DNA from: an uncultured Rikenellaceae bacterium
GTDB taxonomy: Bacteria; Bacteroidota; Bacteroidia; Bacteroidales; VadinHA17
Assembly: GCA_964535035.1 (NCBI GenBank)
Contig: CAZHRV010000144.1
Span: 3,974 to 67,973 of the forward strand
Length of the DNA: 64,000 nt
Reading direction: 5' to 3'
The notes beneath the pieces are model-generated. The model was not told where the DNA came from. It saw nothing but the letters and a program-made list of their open reading frames with translations, and did not search any database. Positions 1 through 8,678 of this stretch are shown in pieces. Numbering within the stretch: position 1 is the stretch's first letter; every line of letters starts with the position of its first letter. The translations under genes and the position numbers were made by a program.

Positions 1-1
1 A

Positions 2-877
2 TTTATTGATATAACAACAAAATTTTTTGATTCCATACCTTACGTTGTGATCAAAACAAAATGGGGAAAGGAAGTATGGGTTGCCGGTCTTGGGAGTGGT
101 TCTTCTCCTGAAGATGCAAGGAGAGCTGCTGAAACTGCTTTTAACCAGGCAGTAGGAATCCTGGAAAGGGAGGAGATGACAATGAACAATATTATCAGGC
201 AGTGGAACTATATAGGCAATATCCTGGCTGTCTGGAAGGGATTGCAGAATTACCAGATATTCAATGAGGTACGAAGTGAATATTACAGCCGCTACCGTAC
301 CGTACACGGCTATCCTGCAGCAACCGGTATCGGAATGGGTTTGAACGGGGTGATAATCGATTTCTGCGCTGTTCAGGCTGATGGTTCTGTTCAGATAAAG
401 GGCCTGAGCAATCCAAACCAGGTAAATGCATACGAATATGGACAAATAGTGTTAAAAGGGATAAAAGAAACAGGTAAACCCAAAAAACAGCCACCTCAGT
501 TTGAACGTGCTCTTCTTTTTGCCACCCAGAAGAGCCCTGTACTCTATATATCAGGAACGGCTTCAATTAAAGGGCAGGAAACAATCGGCATTGGCGATGT
601 TGAAAAGCAAACCCTTGTAACCATAGACAATATAAAGAAGCTGGCTGACCTGCAAATGATAAAGGAGATAACCGGCAAAGGAACAGAATATGCCCTCAGG
701 TATACTTTATTGAGGGTTTATATTAAATACCAGAAAGATTTCGGTGTTGTGAGGAAAATCTGTGAAGAGATGTTTCCTTCGGTCCCGGCCGTTTTCATTC
801 AGGCCGATATCTGCCGTGACAATCTGCTTATTGAAATAGAAGCAGAACTTGTTTTTGAGTATAGAGATCTTTATTGA
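2..877 (+). CDS. FkbO/Hyg5/XanB2-type chorismatase (chorismate-transforming enzyme with a RidA/YjgF-like C-terminal fold); 5' end cut by the window edge
   Basis: ORF 47..877. The frame stays open back to nt 2, so the N-terminus lies outside the window. Motifs RQWNYIGNI, YQIFNEVRSEYY, PAATGIG and ISGTASIKGQETIGIGDVEKQT match the family signature as I remember it. Confidence 0.6.
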   Translation, partial: FIDITTKFFDSIPYVVIKTKWGKEVWVAGLGSGSSPEDARRAAETAFNQAVGILEREEMTMNNIIRQWNYIGNILAVWKGLQNYQIFNEVRSEYYSRYRTVHGYPAATGIGMGLNGVIIDFCAVQADGSVQIKGLSNPNQVNAYEYGQIVLKGIKETGKPKKQPPQFERALLFATQKSPVLYISGTASIKGQETIGIGDVEKQTLVTIDNIKKLADLQMIKEITGKGTEYALRYTLLRVYIKYQKDFGVVRKICEEMFPSVPAVFIQADICRDNLLIEIEAELVFEYRDLY

Positions 878-893
878 ATAATTTAACCGGTAA

Positions 894-3743
894 ATGGAAA
901 AATTATTTTTATTTGCTATTGCCGGACTTCTTTTTACAGGATGTTCTTCCCATGGCTGGGAGAGAACACCCTCAGGAATAATAGTAAACCTGAAAGGAAA
1001 AACCGGCCAGGATACCAGAAAAATCAAGCTGGAGGTCATCAGTGACAAAATAATTCATGTCGTTGCATCTCCATCAAAGGATTTCTCAACAGATAGAAGC
1101 TTATGTATTGCCATAAGTCAGGAACTCGTTACACCCGTTTTTGAAGTTGACGGGGATAAAGAATACATTACAGTTTCCACAGCTGAATTAAAGGCGGGAG
1201 TGTCACTCGGGTCCGGACAAATAATATTCTATGACAGGAATGATACTGTAATTCTCAGGGAACCTGAGAGCGGAGGGAAATCATTTAAACCTTTCTCAGT
1301 TGAAGGGACAGATGGCTATTCTATGCAACAGATCTTTGAATCGCCTGAAGATGAGGCATTTTACGGACTTGGGCAGCATCAATCCGATGAATTCAACTAT
1401 AAAGGATTGAATGAGAGCCTTTACCAGTATAATACAAAGGTTTCAATTCCCTTTGTTGTTTCAAACAGAAACTACGGGATACTCTGGGATAACTATTCTC
1501 TCACAAAATTTGGTGATCCGCGCGACTATTCCCAGCTTGACATCTTCAGTCTGTATGATGATGATGGCAAGGAGGGTGGCCTTACTGCAACATACTATAT
1601 TAATTCTGATCCGGGCAGGATATTTGTTAAACGCAAGGAGTCATCAGTAGACTACGAAAACCTCACAACTATAAAGACCTTTCCGACAGATTTTCCTTTT
1701 TATGGGTCGACTATTACATGGACAGGTAAAATAGAACCACGTGAAAATGGATTATTTCATTTCAAGCTTTACTATGCGGGTTATACGAAAATATTCCTGG
1801 ATAATGAGCCGGTTGTAGAAGAAAGATGGAGAACTGCTTGGAATCCAAATACATATAAGTTCAGAAAAAATCTGGAGAAAGGGAAGAAATATTCCATCAG
1901 GATTGAATGGCAGCCTGACGGGGGTGTATCATATATCGGTCTGAAGGCTCTCAGTCCACGGCCGCCTGAAGAACAAGGTGCCCTGTCACTCTTTTCAGAA
2001 ATGGGCGATCAGATAGACTATTATTTTATCAGCGGCAGTAATATGGATGAAGTGATCAGCGGCTACAGGTCCATTACCGGGAAAGCCCCGATAATGCCAA
2101 AGTGGGCGTTGGGATACTGGCAGAGCCGTGAGCGATACAGATCACAGACTGAACTGCTGGATGTGATTAAGGAATATCGCAAACGGAACATACCACTGGA
2201 TAATATTGTTCTCGACTGGTCATACTGGCCTGTTGATTCATGGGGATCACATGAATTTGACCCGAAATTCTTTCCCGATCCTGATGGCATGGTCGATGAG
2301 GTTCATAAGCTTAACGCTAAAATAATGATATCGGTGTGGCCAAAGTTCTACTATACTACAGAGCATTTCAAGGAATTTGATGAAAAGGGATGGATGTATC
2401 GCCAGGCAGTGAATGACAGTATTAGAGACTGGATAGGAAAAGGTTACATAGGTTCTTTCTATGATGCCTACAGCCCCGGGGCACGTGAACTTTTCTGGAA
2501 TCAGATGAAAGAGTATCTCTATACAAAAGGATTCGATGCCTTGTGGATGGACGCTTCGGAACCGGATATTCTCTCAAATGCCAGCATTGAGTATCGTAAA
2601 AAACTTTCCACGCCCACGGCTCTTGGCCCCTCCACAAAATATTTCAACTCCTATGCCCTGGTAAATGCCATGGCTATTTATAACGGCCAGCGCTCCGTTG
2701 ACCCCGATAAAAGGGTGTTCCTGCTTACACGTTCAGGATTTGCAGGACTGCAAAGATATTCCACTGCCACCTGGAGCGGCGATATTGGAACGCGCTGGGA
2801 GGATATGAAGGCACAGATTCCGGCTGGTCTTAATTATGCAATGTCAGGGATACCATACTGGACATTTGATATTGGAGGTTTTTGTGTTGAGGAAAGGTAT
2901 ACAAGAGCAAAGGAAGGTTCAGAAGACCTTGAAGAATGGAGGGAGCTCAATACGCGCTGGTACCAGTTCGGCTCATTCTGCCCCCTTTTCAGGAGTCATG
3001 GGCAATATCCCCTCCGCGAAGTGTACAATATTTCGCCTGAAAGCCATCCTGCATATAAGAGCATGGTGTATTACGACAGGTTGAGATACTATCTTATGCC
3101 CTATACATACTCACTGGCAGGACTCACCTATTTTAATGATTATACTATCATGCGGGCAATGGTAATGGATTTTGCAAATGATAAGCGGATGGCAAGTATT
3201 GGCGACCAGTACATGTTCGGCCCATCGATACTTGTCGCACCGGTCTATCGTTATAAGGCACGATCACGTCCGGTATATCTTCCGGCATCCTGCGGTTGGT
3301 ATGATATCTATTCGGGGAAATATTTTAACGGTGGGCAGGAAATTAATGCTGATGCACCATATGAACGGATGCCGTTGTTTATTAAAGAAGGGTCAATACT
3401 TCCCATCGGTCCTGAAATTCAATATACCAGTGAAAAACCTGCCGATCCGGTTACACTGTATATCTATTCAGGAAGGGATTGTGCATTTACTCTTTATGAA
3501 GATGAAGACACTAATTACAATTATGAACAGGGAGCCTGGAGTACAATAAAATTCAGTTTTGACAATGAAACAGGACAACTCACGATAGGTGACAGGATTG
3601 GAGAATATGAAGGAATGTTGAAATCCAGGTCCTTTAAAATCAAATGGATCAGCAGGGACAAACCGATTCCTTTTGATCCGGATGCCCGGCCTGATGCTGC
3701 TGTAACATATGAAGGCAATCAGGTATCTGTTGAAAAAGAATAA
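894..3743 (+). CDS. Glycoside hydrolase family 31 (alpha-xylosidase-like) with an inserted PA14 domain; lipoprotein
   Basis: 949-aa ORF with lipobox LLFTGC. GH31 catalytic-region motifs KGFDALWMDASEPD and ATWSGDIGTRWEDM. A PA14-like insertion (GGLTATYYINSD...YSIRIEWQPDGG) as in the PA14-bearing GH31 alpha-xylosidases of xyloglucan loci. Confidence 0.85.
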   Translation: MEKLFLFAIAGLLFTGCSSHGWERTPSGIIVNLKGKTGQDTRKIKLEVISDKIIHVVASPSKDFSTDRSLCIAISQELVTPVFEVDGDKEYITVSTAELKAGVSLGSGQIIFYDRNDTVILREPESGGKSFKPFSVEGTDGYSMQQIFESPEDEAFYGLGQHQSDEFNYKGLNESLYQYNTKVSIPFVVSNRNYGILWDNYSLTKFGDPRDYSQLDIFSLYDDDGKEGGLTATYYINSDPGRIFVKRKESSVDYENLTTIKTFPTDFPFYGSTITWTGKIEPRENGLFHFKLYYAGYTKIFLDNEPVVEERWRTAWNPNTYKFRKNLEKGKKYSIRIEWQPDGGVSYIGLKALSPRPPEEQGALSLFSEMGDQIDYYFISGSNMDEVISGYRSITGKAPIMPKWALGYWQSRERYRSQTELLDVIKEYRKRNIPLDNIVLDWSYWPVDSWGSHEFDPKFFPDPDGMVDEVHKLNAKIMISVWPKFYYTTEHFKEFDEKGWMYRQAVNDSIRDWIGKGYIGSFYDAYSPGARELFWNQMKEYLYTKGFDALWMDASEPDILSNASIEYRKKLSTPTALGPSTKYFNSYALVNAMAIYNGQRSVDPDKRVFLLTRSGFAGLQRYSTATWSGDIGTRWEDMKAQIPAGLNYAMSGIPYWTFDIGGFCVEERYTRAKEGSEDLEEWRELNTRWYQFGSFCPLFRSHGQYPLREVYNISPESHPAYKSMVYYDRLRYYLMPYTYSLAGLTYFNDYTIMRAMVMDFANDKRMASIGDQYMFGPSILVAPVYRYKARSRPVYLPASCGWYDIYSGKYFNGGQEINADAPYERMPLFIKEGSILPIGPEIQYTSEKPADPVTLYIYSGRDCAFTLYEDEDTNYNYEQGAWSTIKFSFDNETGQLTIGDRIGEYEGMLKSRSFKIKWISRDKPIPFDPDARPDAAVTYEGNQVSVEKE

Positions 3744-3788
3744 ATGAACTAATTACAAATTTTATAAAACCTATCATTATTAATTGAT

Positions 3789-3796
3789 TACTTTTG
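3789..3796 (+). promoter_or_regulatory. Bacteroidota-type -7 promoter box TACTTTTG
   Basis: Matches TAnnTTTG. It lies 177 nt upstream of the esterase ATG, which would place the palindromic repeat in the 5' leader. Confidence 0.3.
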
Positions 3797-3807
3797 AAAA
3801 TATGGAA

Positions 3808-3936
3808 GAAGATTCTTCGCTTCACTTCGTTTCACTCATAATGACAGGCGCTCAATCCTGTGAAGCTAAGGTAATACATGTTATTCCGAACGCTTTGACC
3901 ACCGTAATATAGTGTAGGTTGTAAGTGAGGGATCTC
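3808..3936. repeat. Degenerate palindromic intergenic repeat element
   Basis: Left arm is GAAGATTCTTCGCTTCACTTCGTTTCACTCATAATGACA. It includes tandem 10-mers TTCGCTTCAC/TTCGTTTCAC at 3816-3835. Right arm is GTTATTCCGAACGC...GTGAGGGATCTC in the opposite orientation. The two arms are imperfect reverse complements. Confidence 0.6.
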
Positions 3937-3972
3937 AAACTTTTAGGCAGTAACTATTTAAGACGTAAAATA

Positions 3973-5979
3973 ATGAAACAAACAAGTATTATTATAATTC
4001 TGATAATGACTTTGTTAAGTTGTCAGAGAACCCCTTCAAACCTGGAATTGCCGTCGCTTATCAGCGACAGGATGATGCTGCAGCAAAAATCTGATGTAAA
4101 GATATGGGGTACTGCTAATCCGGGTCATAGGATAAATGTTGTGGCAAGCTGGGATGCAAAAACAAGTGCCAAAACAGGTAAAGATGGAAAATGGCTGGTA
4201 ACACTTCCCGCACCTGCAGCTGGCGGCCCCTATACAATGACAATCTCAGGCAAGGATACAAGCATCGTTATTTATGAGATCTTTTCTGGTGAGGTCTGGT
4301 TCTGCTCGGGTCAGTCGAATATGGAAATGCCATTGGAGGGCTGGCCTCCCGTTGATACAGTAATGTATTCGGAAGCAGCAATTCAATCAGCTGTATTGCC
4401 TGAAATACGCCTGTTTTATGTGCAAAGAAAATTTTCGGGTGAACCGCTCGAAGATTGTACTGGGAAGTGGGAAATGTGTGACCCTTCAACAGTTAAACAA
4501 TTCAGCGCAACTGCATTTTTCTTCGGCAAAAAGCTTTATGATGAGCTGCATGTACCCGTTGGACTCATCGAATCAGCATGGGGAGGGACCCCCGCTGAAT
4601 CGTGGATATCATCATCAGCACTTAAATCTGCTGAAGAATTTACTGAGGCAATAAGCGCAATAAAAGAATCAACACCTCTTCAGCATGAATACCAGATGTG
4701 GCTGGAGGGGCATGAACAGATAGAAACAGAACCATCAGGCAGCGATCAATGGAAGAATTTAAATTTTAATGATGAGAATGTTCCGTCTGTCGATTTTGAT
4801 GACAGCAGCTGGCCTGTCATGAATCTTCCCATGCAATTCGAAAGGTCAACAGGCGCCTTTGACGGGGCAGTTTGGTTCAGGAAGAAAGTAGAAATACCTG
4901 CAGGCTTTAAAGGTAAGGAACTTGTACTTTCCATAGGTCCTGTTGATGATATGGACCGTACATATTTCAATGGAACCCTGGTCGGGGCCACTGAAGAATC
5001 AGGTCAATGGCAGGTCAGCAGAGATTATCAAATTCCTGCTGACCTTGTTAAAGAAGGTGTAAATACTATTTCTGTCAGGGTGCTGGATACACAGGGAGGC
5101 GGAGGAATATGGGGCGCACCGGGTTCAATGAAAATATCAGTAAAGACAGGAAGACAGACACCTGCAGATATTGGCGGAGAATGGAAGTATCAGCCGGTTG
5201 CTGAACTGATAGGGAACAGGTTCTATATTTTTGACATGTCAAAAAATGAATATAACTCGCAGAAAAGACCTTTGGCCCTTGGAGCAACAACGCCGACGGT
5301 CTTATTCAATGCAATGGTTAATCCTGTTGTAAATTATAGTATCAAGGGAGCTATCTGGTACCAGGGGGAGTCAAATGTGGGACGAGCAGCGCAGTATGAA
5401 AAGATCTTTCCTCTGATGATTCAAAACTGGAGAGATGCATGGGGGATAAAAGATTTTCCTTTCTATTATGTTCAGATCGCGCCTTATGTGTATTCACATG
5501 TTGACTCCACCGAATCAGCCCGTTTGCGTGAAGCCCAGAAAAAAGCGCTTGATCTGCCAGGCACAGGAATGGCAGTAACACTCGATATAGCAACAGTGAT
5601 GAATATTCATCCGCCTTTTAAAAAAGAGGTCGGTGAAAGACTTGCTTCACTTGCACTCAATAATGACTATGAAATAAACGTACCTTGTGTCGGACCTGTA
5701 TATAAATCAATAACAGTCGATGGCAGTACAATAAAAGTCAAGTTTGATAATATTGAAGAGGGACTCGTTGCAAGGAATGGCAGGTTAAAGGAATTTGAAA
5801 TAGCGGGTAAAGACGGTAAATATGTCATGGCCAGTGCAGGGATAGTAAATAACGAGGTAGTTGTCTATTCACCCCTCGTGCCTGAGCCTGTTTCTGTAAG
5901 GTATTGCTGGCGTAACGGAACAGAAGCATCACTCTTCAACAGCGCAGGACTGCCTGCATGGCAGTTCAGTACGAAATAA
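3973..5979 (+). CDS. Sialate O-acetylesterase-family (SGNH/DUF303) carbohydrate esterase with a galactose-binding-like insert; lipoprotein
   Basis: ORF 3925..5979. I prefer ATG 3973 (MKQTSIIIILIMTLLSC lipobox) because GTG 3925 lies inside an intergenic repeat. Contains the GEVWFCSGQSNMEMPL serine block and the WYQGESN block. The central jelly-roll segment (DDSSWPVMNLP...AVWFRKKVEIP) resembles a GH2-type sugar-binding domain. Confidence 0.8.
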   Translation: MKQTSIIIILIMTLLSCQRTPSNLELPSLISDRMMLQQKSDVKIWGTANPGHRINVVASWDAKTSAKTGKDGKWLVTLPAPAAGGPYTMTISGKDTSIVIYEIFSGEVWFCSGQSNMEMPLEGWPPVDTVMYSEAAIQSAVLPEIRLFYVQRKFSGEPLEDCTGKWEMCDPSTVKQFSATAFFFGKKLYDELHVPVGLIESAWGGTPAESWISSSALKSAEEFTEAISAIKESTPLQHEYQMWLEGHEQIETEPSGSDQWKNLNFNDENVPSVDFDDSSWPVMNLPMQFERSTGAFDGAVWFRKKVEIPAGFKGKELVLSIGPVDDMDRTYFNGTLVGATEESGQWQVSRDYQIPADLVKEGVNTISVRVLDTQGGGGIWGAPGSMKISVKTGRQTPADIGGEWKYQPVAELIGNRFYIFDMSKNEYNSQKRPLALGATTPTVLFNAMVNPVVNYSIKGAIWYQGESNVGRAAQYEKIFPLMIQNWRDAWGIKDFPFYYVQIAPYVYSHVDSTESARLREAQKKALDLPGTGMAVTLDIATVMNIHPPFKKEVGERLASLALNNDYEINVPCVGPVYKSITVDGSTIKVKFDNIEEGLVARNGRLKEFEIAGKDGKYVMASAGIVNNEVVVYSPLVPEPVSVRYCWRNGTEASLFNSAGLPAWQFSTK

Positions 5980-6026
5980 CCGCGATGAAATTATTGAAAA
6001 CCAATAGAAATATAAATTATTTACAA

Positions 6027-7157
6027 ATGAAAAAAATATTTATTCTTTCACTAGCACTGGTTGTATTTGTATTTACAGGAATTTCATGCAACCGGTCATC
6101 AAAAAATAAGAAAATGGTAAAAAAAGAACATTATGGCAGGTATCAGGGTAAAGACGTATTTCTTTTTACACTTACCAACAAGAATGACAATGTACTTAAG
6201 CTGACAAACTATGGTGCAAGAATTACATGGATTGAGGTTCCTGATAAAGAAGGGAATAAGGAGAATGTCACTTTCGGGTTTGACACTTTTGATGGGATGA
6301 TAAATGGAGATCCCTATTTCGGTTCAGTTGTGGGCCGTTATGCAAACAGGATTGCAAAAGGTAAATTCACTATCGACGGAAAAGAGTATACTCTGGCTCT
6401 TAATAACGGACCCAATGCTCTTCATGGTGGTCCGGGAGGATGGCACAGCGTGGTATGGGATGCCGAGGTACAGGAAAGTGCGGAATATCCTTCAATAAAA
6501 TTCACCTATAAAAGTCCCGATATGGAGGAAGGCTACCCCGGGAATATGGATGTGGAAGTTGTATATACCTGGAACGACAAGAATGAAATAGTGATCGATT
6601 ACAGAGTCACAACAGATAAGAAAAGTGTACTGAATATAACTAATCATGCATATTTTAATCTTCACGGGGCTGGCAATGGTGATATCCTTGATCATATACT
6701 TACAATAAATGCAAAATATATCACCCCTGTCGATTCCACACTTATACCCACAGGTGAGCTCAGACCCGTTGCGAGAACTCCTTTTGATTTCACAACACCT
6801 CGTACCGTCGGAGAAAGAATATATGAAGATTATGATCAGCTTAAGCTCGGAGGTGGTTATGATCATAATTTTATTATAGATATTAAGCTGGAAGTGGATG
6901 CCTCTGTATATGATCCTGTAACAGGACGTCTTCTGGAAGTAATCACAAATCAGCCGGGAATACAGTTCTATTGCGGTAACTTCCTTGACGGATCCCTTAA
7001 AGGCCATGGCGGCAAACCTTATAATTATCGTTCAGGATTATGTCTTGAAACACAACACTACCCTGATAGCCCGAATCACCCGGAATTTCCATCAACAGTG
7101 ATCAACCCTGATGAGACATTCACCTCCCGGACAATATACAGGTTTTCAGTAAAATAG
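6027..7157 (+). CDS. galM: Aldose 1-epimerase (galactose mutarotase), exported lipoprotein form
   Basis: ORF 5958..7157. Likely start is ATG 6027 (MKKIFILSLALVVFVFTGISC). Mutarotase motifs GRYANRIAKGKFTIDGKEY, NGPNALHGG, NITNHAYFNL and GLCLETQHYPDSPN. Confidence 0.85.
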   Translation: MKKIFILSLALVVFVFTGISCNRSSKNKKMVKKEHYGRYQGKDVFLFTLTNKNDNVLKLTNYGARITWIEVPDKEGNKENVTFGFDTFDGMINGDPYFGSVVGRYANRIAKGKFTIDGKEYTLALNNGPNALHGGPGGWHSVVWDAEVQESAEYPSIKFTYKSPDMEEGYPGNMDVEVVYTWNDKNEIVIDYRVTTDKKSVLNITNHAYFNLHGAGNGDILDHILTINAKYITPVDSTLIPTGELRPVARTPFDFTTPRTVGERIYEDYDQLKLGGGYDHNFIIDIKLEVDASVYDPVTGRLLEVITNQPGIQFYCGNFLDGSLKGHGGKPYNYRSGLCLETQHYPDSPNHPEFPSTVINPDETFTSRTIYRFSVK

Positions 7158-7174
7158 ATGAACATTAATTGCTA

Positions 7175-8641
7175 ATGCAATCGGGAAACCACCTCCTTAA
7201 GAAGCGTGTAAATCTTTTTGATGGTATTTCAATAGTTGCCGGAGCCATGATTGGTTCCGGTATTTTCATTGTGACAGCCGATATAGCCCGAAATGTGGGA
7301 TCGCCGGGTTGGCTTATGATAGTATGGCTTATTACCGGAATATTGACTGTCATTGCGGCAATAAGCTATGGCGAACTGGCTTCAATGATGCCCCATGTGG
7401 GAGGTCAGTATGTATATCTCAGGGAAGCCTATCACCCGATCGTGGGGTTTCTTTTCGGGTGGACTACCTTCCTGGTTATTCAGTGCGGCTCTATTGCTGC
7501 AGTGGCTGTTGCATTTGCAAAGTTCACCGGGGTACTTATTCCGTGGATATCAGACAAGAATATTCTGCTGCAACTCGGACCTCTGAAGATAAACAGTACT
7601 ATGGTTGTCGCCATTACCATGATCGCTTTCCTTACATGGCTCAATACCAGGGGTATTGTCACCGGGAAGACGATTCAGAACATATTTACTTCAACGAAGG
7701 TCATCGCCCTCCTCGGATTTATAGCAATCGGACTATTTGCGACAAAAGCTATCGGTTCCTTTGAAATTAACAGGGAGGTATTCTGGAAGGCAAGCCAGGC
7801 AGGTCCTGATAACCAGGTAATTCCCCTGGCAGGCCTTGCAATTGTTGCTGCAGTTGGAACTGCCCTTGTGGGCTCTCTCTTCGCATCCGATGCCTGGTAT
7901 AATGTAACTTATATCTCAGGTGAGGTTATAAATCCAAAACGTAATGTCCCCCTGAGCCTCATTTTCGGAACTCTGATTGTTTCTGTTATTTACCTCATAA
8001 CAAATTTTGTATATATTAAGATCCTTCCTCTTTCGGGATCACCTGATGGTGCAGATGTACTGAGCAGGGGGATCCAGTTCGCCACCGACGACAGGGTAGC
8101 CACGTCGGCAATGTATGTGGTTTTCGGTGATTATGCAGCGATTATTATGGCCCTCTTTATCATGATAAGCACCTTCGGATGTAACCACAGTCTAATTCTT
8201 GCTGCCCCGCGTGTCTATTATGCCATGGCAAAGGATGGACTGTTCTTTAAAAAGGTAGGAGAGATAAACAGGTTTGGTGTGCCGGGATTTGCACTGATAT
8301 TGCAGGGAATATGGTCGATTTTACTCTGCATGTCAGGAACATACAGCAACCTGCTCGATTATGTTATCTTTGCGGTGCTGATATTCTTTACACTTACCAT
8401 CCTTGCTATTTTTGTCCTCCGTGTTAAACGGCCCGAAATACCCAGACCTTATAAAGCATTCGGTTATCCGGTGATCCCGGCAATATATATTCTGGCCACG
8501 GTCATAATAATGATCATATTGCTTATCTATAAACCTAACTATACTTTTCCGGGCCTTATCATTGTTATTTTAGGGATACCGGTATTCTACCTCTGGAGAA
8601 GGCATTCGGGGAAACACAGCCATATAGAGGAAGGATCTTAA
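7175..8641 (+). CDS. APC-superfamily amino acid permease
   Basis: ORF 7169..8641 (TTG), with ATG at 7175. About 12 hydrophobic segments. The N-terminal GAMIGSGIFIV motif is typical of APC transporters. Only 11-17 nt separate it from galM. Confidence 0.8.
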   Translation: MQSGNHLLKKRVNLFDGISIVAGAMIGSGIFIVTADIARNVGSPGWLMIVWLITGILTVIAAISYGELASMMPHVGGQYVYLREAYHPIVGFLFGWTTFLVIQCGSIAAVAVAFAKFTGVLIPWISDKNILLQLGPLKINSTMVVAITMIAFLTWLNTRGIVTGKTIQNIFTSTKVIALLGFIAIGLFATKAIGSFEINREVFWKASQAGPDNQVIPLAGLAIVAAVGTALVGSLFASDAWYNVTYISGEVINPKRNVPLSLIFGTLIVSVIYLITNFVYIKILPLSGSPDGADVLSRGIQFATDDRVATSAMYVVFGDYAAIIMALFIMISTFGCNHSLILAAPRVYYAMAKDGLFFKKVGEINRFGVPGFALILQGIWSILLCMSGTYSNLLDYVIFAVLIFFTLTILAIFVLRVKRPEIPRPYKAFGYPVIPAIYILATVIIMIILLIYKPNYTFPGLIIVILGIPVFYLWRRHSGKHSHIEEGS

Positions 8642-8678
8642 AAGATGCTTTAAGCACTAGTGTATTTATCTATAAAAG

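Noticed and set aside
3925-3972. N-terminal extensions offered by the ORF track (3925, 5958, 12273, 14005, 42872, 51208, 57885, 62668)
   Set aside because: In each case an internal ATG immediately precedes a clean signal peptide, lipobox or conserved N-terminus. The extension also runs through an intergenic repeat or leader, or through the upstream gene.
6492-7007. 171-aa antisense ORF inside galM
   Set aside because: It is a shadow ORF opposite a confidently identified gene. It has low-complexity, Ile/Cys/Phe-rich composition and no motifs.
7309-7764. 151-aa same-strand out-of-frame ORF inside the APC permease gene
   Set aside because: It is an alternative frame of a clear 12-TM transporter, and its Cys/Arg/Tyr-rich product is implausible.
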